Position numbers and translations under genes: made by a program
Shown: piece after piece, positions 15,980 through 27,645 of the stretch
Position numbering within the stretch: position 1 is the first letter of the stretch
How the letters are laid out: each line of letters opens with the position of its first letter
Source of the DNA: Mustelus asterias
Lineage: Eukaryota
DNA: 64,000 bases
Direction: 5' to 3'
Assembly (NCBI RefSeq): GCF_964213995.1
Contig: NC_135825.1
Span: 51,088,001-51,152,000, forward strand
The notes under the pieces: generated by a model
What the model saw: the letters and a program-made list of their open reading frames with translations, nothing else
What the model was told of the DNA's origin: nothing
Database searches by the model: none

Positions 15980-16370
15980 NNNNNNNNNNNNNNNNNNNNN
16001 NNNNNNNNNNNNNNNNNNNNNNNNNNNNNNNNNNNNNNNNNNNNNNNNNNNNNNNNNNNNNNNNNNNNNNNNNNNNNNNNNNNNNNNNNNNNNNNNNNNN
16101 NNNNNNNNNNNNNNNNNNNNNNNNNNNNNNNNNNNNNNNNNNNNNNNNNNNNNNNNNNNNNNNNNNNNNNNNNNNNNNNNNNNNNNNNNNNNNNNNNNNN
16201 NNNNNNNNNNNNNNNNNNNNNNNNNNNNNNNNNNNNNNNNNNNNNNNNNNNNNNNNNNNNNNNNNNNNNNNNNNNNNNNNNNNNNNNNNNNNNNNNNNNN
16301 NNNNNNNNNNNNNNNNNNNNNNNNNNNNNNNNNNNNNNNNNNNNNNNNNNNNNNNNNNNNNNNNNNNNNN
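15980..16370. other. Assembly gap (391 N)
   Basis: Run of N. Confidence 1.
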
Positions 16371-17095
16371 TAGCATGCCAAGGCTCTTCACAGAGACATC
16401 ATAAATCAAAATACAAAGATATTGAGGAAGATGGCAAAAAGCTTAGTCAAAGAGGTAGATATTATGGTGTAGCTTAAAAGCAGAAAAGTTAGAGGTACAG
16501 GGAAAGAATTCCAAGCCTTCAGACCTACACGTATGATGGGACAATTAAAATTGAGAAACTCAAGAGGCTACAATTAGAAAAGCACAAGTGTCTTGGAGAC
16601 TCATAGGGCTAAAAGAGATTAGAGATAGGGACAGGATAGACCACAACAGGGGTTTGAAAACAAGGATGAGATTTTTTAAACAAGGCATTGTTAAATGCCA
16701 GTGTAGGTCAGTGATCACCAGGATGACGGATGAACAGCATTTGATGCAATTAGGACATTGTAAACTTGAGTCATCCAAAACTTTGTTGCCACAGTAGAAT
16801 GTGAGTGACAGGCCAGAAATGCATCAAAATAGTCACGTCTGGAGGTAACAAAGGCATCTATAAGGAAAAACGGAAGCAGGTAGAGACAGGCAACATTATG
16901 GAGGTGGAAACAGGCAATCTTACAGATCGATGGGATATGTGGTTGAAAGCCCATCTCAGGGTCAAATACAGCACTGAGGTTGTGATCAGTCTGGTTCAAC
17001 CTCACTCAGTTGCCAGAAGGATGGAATCAGTGGTAAGGGATCAGTTTGTGGTGAGGACCAAACACAATCACTTCAGTCCTCCCAATACTGAAGTA
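16371..17095 (-). mobile_element. L2 LINE ORF2 3' fragment, decayed
   Basis: Minus-strand ORFs contain NLSAVFDPEMGFQPHI..ICKIACFHLHN, FVTSRRDY, LHW...KNLILVFK, typical of the L2 ORF2 C-terminus. Confidence 0.8.
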
Positions 17096-20000
17096 CTGTA
17101 ATAAGCAGTCACACTGTTTGTCTACTTTGCCTACTGGCCTTTCTCCAGTGTTGTGGAGTACTGCACCTTTAAGGACTGCTTGACTAAAACCACTTATAAC
17201 CTTTATAACCAAGTCGACTAAAAATAGTCACAAGCATTGGAATTAAGTACAGCTAATTTACTTGTTTATTCACAGCCCCTAAATACTATGATGCTGACAC
17301 ACCACTTTCACCTGATGCCTAGGACTGGGACATTTGAGAAGTTCCCAACCAAGCTGGCAAAGTCTGCAATTTACTGCATGTGCACCATACCATCAAAAGC
17401 ACTTTTGCAACTTTGCAACAAACAAACATTTAGGGATCCGGATCATGGATAATTCAACAATGTTACAAAATCAACTGCAGCTGAAAGGAAAAGCATAATT
17501 CAGTACAACAAAACCTAACAGTGAGTGAACAGAGGAGAGAATTCAGACAGCAACTAAACTTTACAAATGTAAATATTAAGTTTCAAGTTTCATAAATGAA
17601 TTTTAAAAAACTTAAGGGTACATTATCCACCCATTGTGCCAAAACATGGCTTGAGGTTTTATATTTTAATGTATGGCAGAAAAGCCATATAAACAGTGCA
17701 AAAACCAGTATCAACTTCTGCAATCCAACATACTTTATTTTGGTGGTGAATCAACTTTCCTCAACTCTTAATTAGGTGTGTTTCTATCCTTAATAACATA
17801 GAAATGCTGTCTTCACAGTTAAATACAGCTACGTACAGTAAACATGGTCCCTTTATATGGTAGCACAAATTCTTCAACGGTAATACTAGTGGGATATTGC
17901 TGGCTGTTAACAAGCCTTAAATTGCTCCTTCTGCAGCAGTCACTATAAGACAAGAGGTACCTTTAGAACTCAACTGCTGAATTTCAGCCATGTCCTCAGC
18001 TAGTGTACATATTATGGACGAGTTTTAACAAAACACAGATGAGAAAGAAAATATGAAGTTTGGGAGTTAGAGGAATAAACACACCCATGTTATTTGCAAG
18101 TTAATGTGTTACTTTGTTTTCTACTGTCGAGAAAGATATCAGGCAGTAACCTGCACTAACAAGTTAGAGTGGAATTTCCCAGCAGTGTTCCAAACACTAC
18201 TGATCAGTAACCATAAAACAGTGCAAATACCCTGACAATTCATAAATGGTCTATTCCTCAACATTGCAAAATATTTATGAAGCTTTATAGCTTTTATAAA
18301 GTTTGGGGAATTTACATATTTATCTCCTGTTCCATATATTCACAACAACACAATAACATTTCTTTGCCAGAGATCCTAGCTCCATGTACTAAAGAGTTTT
18401 TTTTTCAGATCCCCTATTCAGAACTTATTGGACAATGGTACTGTGTCAATTCCAATCTAACACTTAAAAACAGTACACAAGTGAAGAGGGTTCTCAACAA
18501 AGTGCATACTTCCATCGCGCTGTTTTAACTCAAATTTCATTACAATTACAGAGCTCTCCCTTGAGAATTTCTCTGCCTGGTTGTTGCTCTGCAAGGACAA
18601 AGTTGAAAAAAAAACACATTTTTATTAAGAGCATCCATCTCACTGAGGTGACTTCAGGCCAATCCACATTCAACAACCTGCTCTGAAAACTCTGCTCACA
18701 TTTTGACAACCATGACAATTCTACGATTCTATAAAAAAACTGCATCATAGCAGCCAAGACAATTCACAACATTCTAAAACAATTAGAAATGTTCTAAATA
18801 AAACAATCCACCGCATTCCAAGAAATGTCAATTCACCCTATTGCCCAATATTAACAGATTCTTTAAAAAATTCTAGGATCCAGACCTTCACCACAAACTA
18901 AAGTTCTTCCTTGGGTATCTGTCTACCACATATCATTGAAATATACCCATTAGTTTTTGAGCTACATTGCTTATAGACAGACTTACAAACAAGGGCAAAA
19001 TCGTTACCTCTGCCCCGAGGTAATCGATGCCTATAATTGATAAAAACTGACATTGCTCATTCATCAATGGAAATGTTAGCATTGTCTTGAATAGTGCAGC
19101 AGATTTTGAATAGGATTTAGAAGAGAGCCACACAGTGTGAAGGAGCTGAATTAGCAATGTGAATGTCTATCGGAGCAATTTAGTTTAGGTTCTTCAATCA
19201 GTAATGTTAATGCCAGCCCCCTTGCTGGTTGTACATAAATTGCAGTGACACTAGAACATAAAATGCAGATAGGCAGGAAAATTTCAATCTCCATTTAACA
19301 TTTAGGTCAGCTGACAAATTAATATGACCAGCCATGGCTCATCTGCTGCTTCCATTGCAAATAAATCTCAACAAAGCTTCTTAAAAATTGTGGCATTAAA
19401 TTAAAATTATTGCACAAATTCAGCATACAAACGTGGAATGTTAGCCAGGTTACCAATGACAACACCCACCCAATTCCTTCTCAACAAGGTTTATGCAAAA
19501 ATACTACTTCAAAAAAAAAAGCAGAAGATGGGTGAAGGTGGTGACTCAGACTTCAAGTTGCTATGTAGGTTGCATTGGACTGTTTGCGCAGCAAGGTTAT
19601 GGACAATTATTAATTATTTCAATGTTTGTTGACAAGGGTTTTTAGACTCATCACGCTGCAAATTCTTTGTACTGAAATGTACTGTTGGAATCCTAAAGAC
19701 TAAATATTACAGCATAACACTTCGACTTCTGTCAATATAATTATCAGTAAGGATAGTACTTCTTAATCTAACCCAAGAAATATAATTGAACATAAGAAAC
19801 GTATTCACAGTCTTTAGGTACAACATAAAGACATTGCTAAAAAATGTAAATACAGAAAGGAGCTATGCGAAGGCTATAATCGAATTTTGCACATAATCTG
19901 TCATACAAACCTCAATTTACAGTTTGCAACTTGCTCTCTCTCACCGAATCCTCATATCCAAAATAATTCAATGCACACAATCATGAAGAACTCACGGCAC

Positions 20001-21103
20001 TTGTTCTTGAGTATACAATTAATGCTACACAAGATACCCTGCCTGATCTAGCAACGTTTTTAAAAAAGGTTCTGTAAACATTTCCAGTATCAGCATTTTA
20101 ATATCCTAACTCCAACCCTAACTGTTATTAGCCATTCTGAAACATTAACAGTACAAAAATGAACACTGATCCTACATAGATGTAAATGGACCACATTCAG
20201 CTACCCGTTGCTATGCAATACCTCAAAGGGAAAAGGCCCAAGAATACAAGCAGATTACACAATACATTTTACAATTTTAAAAATCTGTGCTAATGCTGTA
20301 CATAAAGTTGTTGACTATGTTCTATTTCAGATAGTAGTTTCCATAGCTAATTAGTGGGCTCTGCATTTACTCTTGCTTTCTCAATAACAGTATTCATTAT
20401 CCAATAAATTGGTGGCTCTGCCTTCTGCTGCCTAGGCCTCAAGCATTAGAAGTCTCTCATTAAACCTGTCCACCTGTCTTTCCTCCTTTAAGATGCTCCT
20501 TAAAACCTATTTCTTTAACCAAGCTTTGGCCATCTTCCCGAATATTGCCATCTGTGACTCAGTAACAAATTTTGGATTATAATGTTCTTGTGAAACACCT
20601 TGGGCAATTTTATCACATTAGAAGTATGACATTAATACAAGTTTTAGTGATAAAGTTTATTTCTGATTAACTGTACTAGTGCAACTAAGGGTTTAGGAGC
20701 AGCCCCTTCCAATAGCTAGATGGGCAGCAACCTCCTCTCAAAATAAATATGAACAAGAAGCCAGTCATCATCCAGAACAAAGCAGCCGACAGATTTACAC
20801 ACCACCTACTGCTTAAACATGCAGCAGGTAGCATTAACAAAGGGCACTCCAGCAACTTGTCAAAGTTCCTTCAACAGTTTCTCCCAAATATACAACCTCA
20901 ACTGCCGAGGAGGACATGGGTAACAGGAGCATGGGAATGCCACCAACGGTACACGTGCCTCATGAATGCTAAAAAATCAAAAGTAATGAGTTGTTCTATT
21001 GAATATTTTCAGAACCTACAATCCTAACATCTTTAACATTTTTGTTAGAAGAATTCAACTGACCACTGAAACTCATAATGTGCTATGATAGTGGAGAACA
21101 TCA

Positions 21104-21187
21104 AGAAATCTCACAACACCAGGTTAAAATCCAACAGGTTTATTTGGCAGCACAAGCTTTCGGAGACTCGCTCCTTCTTCAGGTGAG
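21104..21187 (-). mobile_element. Solo Penelope terminal-repeat fragment containing an intact hammerhead motif (21151-21187)
   Basis: Matches the terminal repeat of the Penelope copies at 37-46 kb; flanked by direct repeat gagaacatca (21094-21103 and 21185-21194). Confidence 0.8.
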
Positions 21188-21203
21188 AACATCAGTGGAG
21201 AAC

Positions 21204-21843
21204 ATGACCATCAATGGGGACGAAGTAGAAAGGATCAAGAGCTTCAAATTTTTAGATGTCCAGATCACCAACAACCTGACCTGGTCCTCCCATGCTGACA
21301 CTATAGTTAAGAAAGCCCACCAACACCTCTACTTTCTAGAAGACTAAGGAATTTTGGCATGTCAGCTCCGACTCTCACCAACTTTTACAGATGCACTATA
21401 GAAAGCATTCTTTCTGGTTGTATCACAGCTTGGTAAGGCTCCTGCTCTGTCCAAGACTGCAAGAAACTACAAAGGGTCATGAATGAAACCCAATCCATCA
21501 CGCAAATAAGCCTCCCATCCACTGACTCTATCTACACTTCCTGCTGCCTCGGAAAAGCAGCCAGCATAATTAAGGACCCCGTGCACCCCGGACATACTCC
21601 CTTTGGGAAAAAGATACACATACCAACTGATTCAAGAACAGCTTCTTCCCTGTAGCCATCACACTTTTGAACGGACTTACCTCGCATTAAGCTGATCTTT
21701 CTCTACACCCTAGCTATGACTGTAGCACTACATTCTGCACTCTCTCCTGTCCTTCTCTATGAATGATATGCTTTGTCTGTAAAGCATGCAAGAAACAATA
21801 CTTTTCACTGTATACTAACACATGTGACAATAATAAATCAAAT
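21204..21843 (+). mobile_element. Rex1/Babar-type LINE, 5'-truncated
   Basis: INGDEVERIKSFKFLDVQITNNLTWSSH..KKAHQHLYFL, FYRCTIESIL-like segment, tail catgtgacaataataaatcaaa. Confidence 0.85.
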
Positions 21844-24800
21844 ATTAACATTTTTATAAAGATCCACTGGGCTAACACCAACTGAATTTGAATGCTTCAA
21901 CTACCAGGATCTTTCGACCTTATTGCACAACTGACAAGACAGGTTGATCTGGCTTTAGCTTACTATAACTAAAACCTAAACAACAATTCTTTGGCAGATT
22001 ATTTTTACCAGATCTTTAACCCTAAAAATTGCAGTGGTAATGTTCAAATGCACATGTTTGACTTATTTATTTTGCAAAAGAAAAACAGGGTTTGCATTTA
22101 AGAAAGAAAAGTCCTGTCTACCCTAAAATATTGTGCTAATTGCATGCCATTAATCAGAGGATCAGATTTGTAACTCACCATACATGCAAATGAACTACTT
22201 CTCTTTTAGGTTCAGCTGAACAGTTATTTCAAGAGTTAGATCTGCAGGTGCAATCTGTTTCGTTCTATAAGTACTTTGTTGATGGGTAAGATGCCACATG
22301 CAGTTGAACTAATGAGCAGTTTAAGGTTAAATATGGCTCTGAAATCCTATGGGATTCTGTCCCAAGTTGAAAAATGTCAGAGATCAAAAGCTGCTGGTAT
22401 TACAGAAGGCCAAAATTCTGATCAAATTTTCACATTCCAGCAACCAAGTTGCGAACCCAACCAGTGTTAAATTCCAGCTTATTTTCAAGCCTCAAACTGA
22501 AACTACACATAATATGTGAAAAGAAACTGTCCTAACTGAAGACACAAAAGTTTCATGTAAAAAGCCATAAAAACACAATGGAGTCTTAATGTAATTTTGG
22601 TGCTGTGTTTATTGTTCAAATTGTACTGGACAAATACTGCTGACATTACCTTACTGCCTCTCTACAAAGCTATGTTTTGTTTTACATGTATCTGTGTGAT
22701 AAGTAATGTCGGTACAGAAAGCCACTTTTCAATTATTACTAATGGAAAGCATTACTCCTGCAGCAGCTCTTCTCAACTGATGATGGAGGACAGTTCGCAG
22801 CATGCCAGAGCAATCAAACACACTAGCATCACTGCTCTTACTGCATCATAAGTATATTGAAAAAAAGTACATCTTAGTAACAGAAATAGTGGGTCAATTT
22901 GCTCACCTCACTAAGTGTATTCCTTGGTATCAACTGATTATACAGCAACTCCCACCAGAGTCTGTATGCATTAATTAGCTCTCAAGTGTAACCCCTCCAC
23001 TTAAAGCCATTTTCTACAGACACTCCTGTGTATTTTCTCTCCATACTATTTATTTTTCCTATGTTTCCCTTTTCCTTGATACCCTGCCTAAGTAGTTATT
23101 CTTCAACTAGCAATTACAATAGCCTATTTGTAGACCATTCGACTGCAAGGGCATCACAGTGAAAATGAATCTGCACTTGTCCTAGATACACGTTCAAATA
23201 TTTTTGCATCTCTTTTCAGTGTCTGAAGTGAAAAGCCTGGTTTATGCTCGTCTCCTCAATCTGGAGGCATATTATAGTGCCTCTTCCTCCATTCAAGCAA
23301 AGATCACTAAGCTACCTGGATAGTTCCGAAGTTAATTTTGTAATTTCAGTTAAGAAACTTTTAAAACTGCAAAATGTGCACTACATATAATTGTAAGCTT
23401 ACATCAAATCAAAACGCTGTTTAACTATACTCCCTGAGGCAGACCTGTTATATAAATTATCAATGTCTCTAATCTAATAGCCATATTAAATGGCCAAAGT
23501 CCTTACAGTGTTATCCAGTATACAACCGCCTTTGTCTTTGATTAAGTTCTGCAGCCAAAATCACAAACATGACTCAAGCAACTGTACATGCGCATATCAC
23601 ATACGTGTAATCATTCTGATACTGGGATGATAAATGCGTGAATGAAATTTGTTTGGGACAGCCCAGCAGCCCCAGAGAATGGTGGACAACAATGTAGATT
23701 CTTTTATTCATAGAACTCAATCACTTTCAGATCTCGCAATCCCTCAAAAGAACTTTACAAGCAACTGCTTTATGTCTATGCAACAGAGAGGTCCACTGTA
23801 TCAGACATGAGCCTATATTAGGACCTTATTACAACAGGACCTGATAGCCTACTTCATTTGCTTACACAATTTGATTTACTTAATTTCCATTTTTTTAAAA
23901 ATCAGAATTTGTTCTTAATAACATACGTTCATCTCGGCACTCAATGTCACATTAGGCCGAATGAATTCAGCAGACTCCACTATTAGAATCTCTCAACTAT
24001 GCTAAACATAGCCACAGGCTGTGTAACCTTGTAAACTGTACACCCACCACAAGAAGAGCCTACAGAAAACACATATCTGATACGTGTTTTTCCAGATAAG
24101 TACAACGGTATATTTCCTGTAAAATACATATTATTGTCAACATTTATACAAAAGTAGTATTCTCGGATAGTGACAAGCTCCTGTTAATGCAGTAGAAACT
24201 TTATTCATAAATTACAAACTAACCACATTGGACACAAACACAGGTAGGCTTCAACAAGTACAATGAGAGCGAGTTCAGTGAAGAGAAACCCCCCAATAAC
24301 TGTTGTTTTTAACCTTACTCACGAAGTGACAAAGAACAGGGTTAAGTTGAATCCTTGCCTCTTGATAAACAATATATGAAAAACAATTTTAACTTCACAT
24401 TGTGCCTGAGAAAATGCATTCCAGCTGAATACTCGTCTTCCCCAGTCCAAGTCCAAGGGCAGCAATTTAATAACAACTGACAAGGGATATCCCCACCTGC
24501 TACATTGTCTCTCCCACAATCCGTTTAGGATTAATGTATATAAAAATGTATACAACCTGGCAAAGAAATCAATTGGTGATGCAAATGTTAATCCATAATA
24601 AACATATTTAATATCAGAGTTCAGTCATAACTCTCTATATGGTGTTACCTTTGGTCCGTAATCACTACTGTGTGTTGACCATATCACCAATAGTATTCCG
24701 TAAATATCATTTCCAAAATGCACAGAAGTTAGGTCAGCATTATCATAGTAAACTAAACTAGTTAACAAAATTCAGTGCTTAGATTTTGCATCCAAGATAA

Positions 24801-25783
24801 AACGTCTTGCTTGAATCTTTAAGTGCCAAATTGTCAGAATGAATCTCGAAAATAAACAGCTGAAATTCTCAACACAATATTTAAATAGCTGGATGAACAG
24901 ATACTCCCTGACTTCTCTGTAAGAGCAGAAAAACATTTATCATAAAATACCAAAGACACATGGGACTAATAACACCATTATCAGAGGCACGCTTCAATGC
25001 TATCTACACAAATGCTAAAAGGTATCAACACATATGTTCATGGTTTGAATGATTCTGGCTGACAAACTTATAAGCCTGGGTACAGAAAGACTTAAACAAG
25101 ATTGAAGGGTTCTCAAATTCAAGACTAGCTGCTCCATTGTTCACAGAATCAATACCTTACACTGAGTCTAGAAATCTATAACTGACCTGTGAGAAAAATC
25201 CAATAGTTCATAGATGCAAATCAACATTAAATGTTGAATTAAATCAACAGGAGCAAGGACTAAACCAGACCTCGAACAAAGACATGTACATTTACAGTAC
25301 ATTACAGAACGAACACATCTCAGCATCAAAGGGCACTAAAATGCTACGAAACTAGCCATCTATTTTCTCACTTGAGAAGGGGGGGGGTGTTGTGAAGGGA
25401 AATACCTCCTCCTCACTGGAACGACTTTGTTACAAATGACAAGTCAATGCGCCGAAAGTAGATCACTTTCCCATCTGATCCCAGCAAATCTAACAAATGG
25501 ATTGGGTGGGTGGGGGAAGGAGAAAGAGTTTGAAATCAGAGCTAGTAAATATGGCAACGATGCCCCCCCGGATCCCCCAATTAGGTAAAGTCAAGTCCTG
25601 ATCCGGAGAGAAGGGGGGGGGGGGGGGGGAAAGAGGGTGAGTGTGTGAGGGAAGGGGGTGTGTGTGGGGGGTGCGGATATTTTAAATGTCTCTTTAATCC
25701 CCTCTCTCCCCTCCCCCAACAGCTGATGGGGGGGGGGGGGGGGGGGCAGAGAGGGGTATTGCAATCGGTGGACGGAGGCTTAC

Positions 25784-26320
25784 CTGGTGGCAGAGCCCGG
25801 GGCTCAGTGCAGTGAGGGTGAGAGAAGGCCCGCACAGTCCTGAGGCCACCCAAGCATGTTGTTTGTTGCTGCTGCTCCTTCTTCCTCCTCCTGCTGCTGC
25901 TTCTTGCTCCTCTTCCCCCTCTGTTGAAGGGGAGGTGGTGGTGGGTTTTGGGGGGGGGGGGGAGGTGGGGACCCGGGCTTGGACTGGCTGGCTGGCTGTC
26001 AACAACAGGCGAGGTAGCGGGGCGGCAGGGTGTGAGAGTCAGGCCGCATGGCCTCGCTCCTGGCCCGGGCTGCTCTGTGGCCCGAGCTCGGCGATTCTCT
26101 CTCTCTCCTTTTTTTTCCTCCAATTGTTTTGTTTCTGCGCCCCCGGCGCGCGACCCGTGCGTGCGCGTGACCCGGGTCGCCGGGCTCGCGCACGTCGTCG
26201 CGCGCGCTCGAGGCCGCTCCGCTATCGAAGCGGTTGGAAACCAGCGGCGGCGGCGACGCCGAGTCTCCCCCTCATGAACGCATTGCCGAAATGAAATTAA
26301 CTCTTTCCCCCCCCCCAACC
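25784..26320 (-). other. HIPK1: Putative HIPK1 exon 1 (GC-rich 5' leader); 5' boundary uncertain
   Basis: Strong donor CCAG|gtaagc at 25784/25783 at the edge of the CpG island, on the same strand as exon 2; G-runs and CAG-rich leader; TSS not determinable from sequence. Confidence 0.65.
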
Positions 26321-26750
26321 ACCTTGGGCCGGCTATATAAAAATATATTTTGAAAAAAACATTAATAAAATTCGTTAAAACCGGTGGCACCGAGCGACAT
26401 GCTTTTCCCCTCCCCCCGCGCCCCTTCACACTCTCCCCTCCGCCTCTAGACTCCGACTCCAGCCAAGCCAAGTCGATCACCTACCGCATCGATTGGGAAT
26501 GTTGTGCCGGAAGTCCCGCCTTCTCCGCCCGGCCTCGCGCGCCGCCCACAGTGCGGGCTACTCCGATTGGCCCAGGCAACGCCCGTCTCCCCTTGCGTGA
26601 GCGGGTTCGAGCACGGACGTCATGACATCAGAGGAGGGGGGAGGCCGCACGCGCAACCGTGCGTGACTGCTTGGCAGCCGTGGTGCCGTCTGGGAGTTGG
26701 CGTTTCCCCCGCCCTCCCCTCACCGCCTCATCTCCCCAACGCACAATGAC
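25950..26750 (-). promoter_or_regulatory. CpG-island promoter of HIPK1
   Basis: Dense unmutated CpG in an otherwise AT-rich, CpG-poor region. CCAAT boxes (ATTGG at 26492 and 26566), ETS site CCGGAAGT 26507-26514, GC boxes 26515-26530, CRE-like GACGTCA-TGACATCA 26616-26630, TATA-like AT patch 26334-26350. Confidence 0.8.
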
Positions 26751-26784
26751 AGAGGCTGTGATGCTATCAGCTGTGTCAATGCAA

Positions 26785-26834
26785 TGAGTCACTTAGCAGC
26801 AGGGAGTTTTGACTCAACTCAATCACTTGACTCA
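26785..26834. promoter_or_regulatory. Cluster of three AP-1 consensus sites
   Basis: TGAGTCA 26785-26791, TGACTCA 26810-26816, TGACTCA 26828-26834. Confidence 0.5.
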
Positions 26835-27129
26835 TTTTTTTTTAAAAAAAGAAAGGCACTGAAAAATCAATTTAAAATTAGAAGTTAAAAATTTTAAATG
26901 ATAATTTTTAATTTTAATTTGCCACTTCATTCACATTGGGTTAGTCAACCCTACCCTTTCAAAAGCTTTGCATCAGTGCCTACTGATTAATCAGGGATAA
27001 GATGGTTTATCATCACTTTTGGTAATCACAACTGACATTCCCGAAGACTTCTCAGCCTCTCTGCAGCCTTCCACACAGCTGGCCATACCAACCTGCTCTT
27101 GTTCAGCTCTAGTCCCGGTTCCACTGTTA

Positions 27130-27645
27130 TAAAAGCAAAATACTGCGGTTGCTGGAATCTGAAACTGAAATAGAAAATGCTGGAAAATCTCAGCCGGTCT
27201 GACAGCACCTGTGGAGCGCCATTTACCGGTCCAGGCTGCGGGCGATCGAGGGGGCCGTCCATCCTGACTGTCTGCCCCTCTACCGCGGCTACGTTCGCGG
27301 CCAGGTGTCCCTGGAGAGGGAGCATGCGGTGTCCACGGGCGAGGTTGACGCTTTCCGCGCCCGCTGGGCACCGCAGGGGTTGGGGTGCATTATTGACCCT
27401 AATAATCACATTTTAATTTGATGTTTTTAAGTTTCCTTTGTACTTTGATTTCTGTTCGGGCTGTTCCCCCTCCTTTTTGGGGAGCTGCCCCTTTTACTTT
27501 GTCCTGATTTAATCTGAGTTTGTTTACTTGGTTTGGTTTGACCTGAAAAGAGGACAGCACCTGTGGAGAGATAATAGAGACAAAGTTCTGACAAAGGGTC
27601 ATCCAATGGCTCTGACGAAGGGTCATCCAGACTCAAAACGAATTG
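27130..27645. mobile_element. Short element of a second Penelope-like terminal-repeat family (27130-27216 and 27553-27645), split by a Tx1 insertion
   Basis: aaatactgcggttgctggaatctgaaa..gaaaatgctggaaaatctcagc..gacagcacctgtggagag followed by a degenerate hammerhead ctgacgaagggtcatccagactcaaaacg; family assignment from recall. Confidence 0.5.
27217..27552 (+). mobile_element. 5'-truncated Tx1-type (L1 clade) LINE with 16-bp TSD
   Basis: 27218-27421 translates AIYRSRLRAIEGAVHPDCLPLYRGYVRGQVSLEREHAVSTGEVDAFRARWAPQGLGCIIDPNNHILI*, resembling the Tx1 ORF2 C-terminus; T-rich 3' UTR; gacagcacctgtggag at 27201-27216 and 27553-27568. Confidence 0.8.

Noticed and set aside
15901-16477. ORFs spanning 15.9-16.5 kb
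   Set aside because: They are mostly translated N from the assembly gap.
25812-26749. Plus-strand ORFs in the CpG island as a divergent gene
   Set aside because: Low-complexity GC-rich translations with no recognisable domain or downstream exons.
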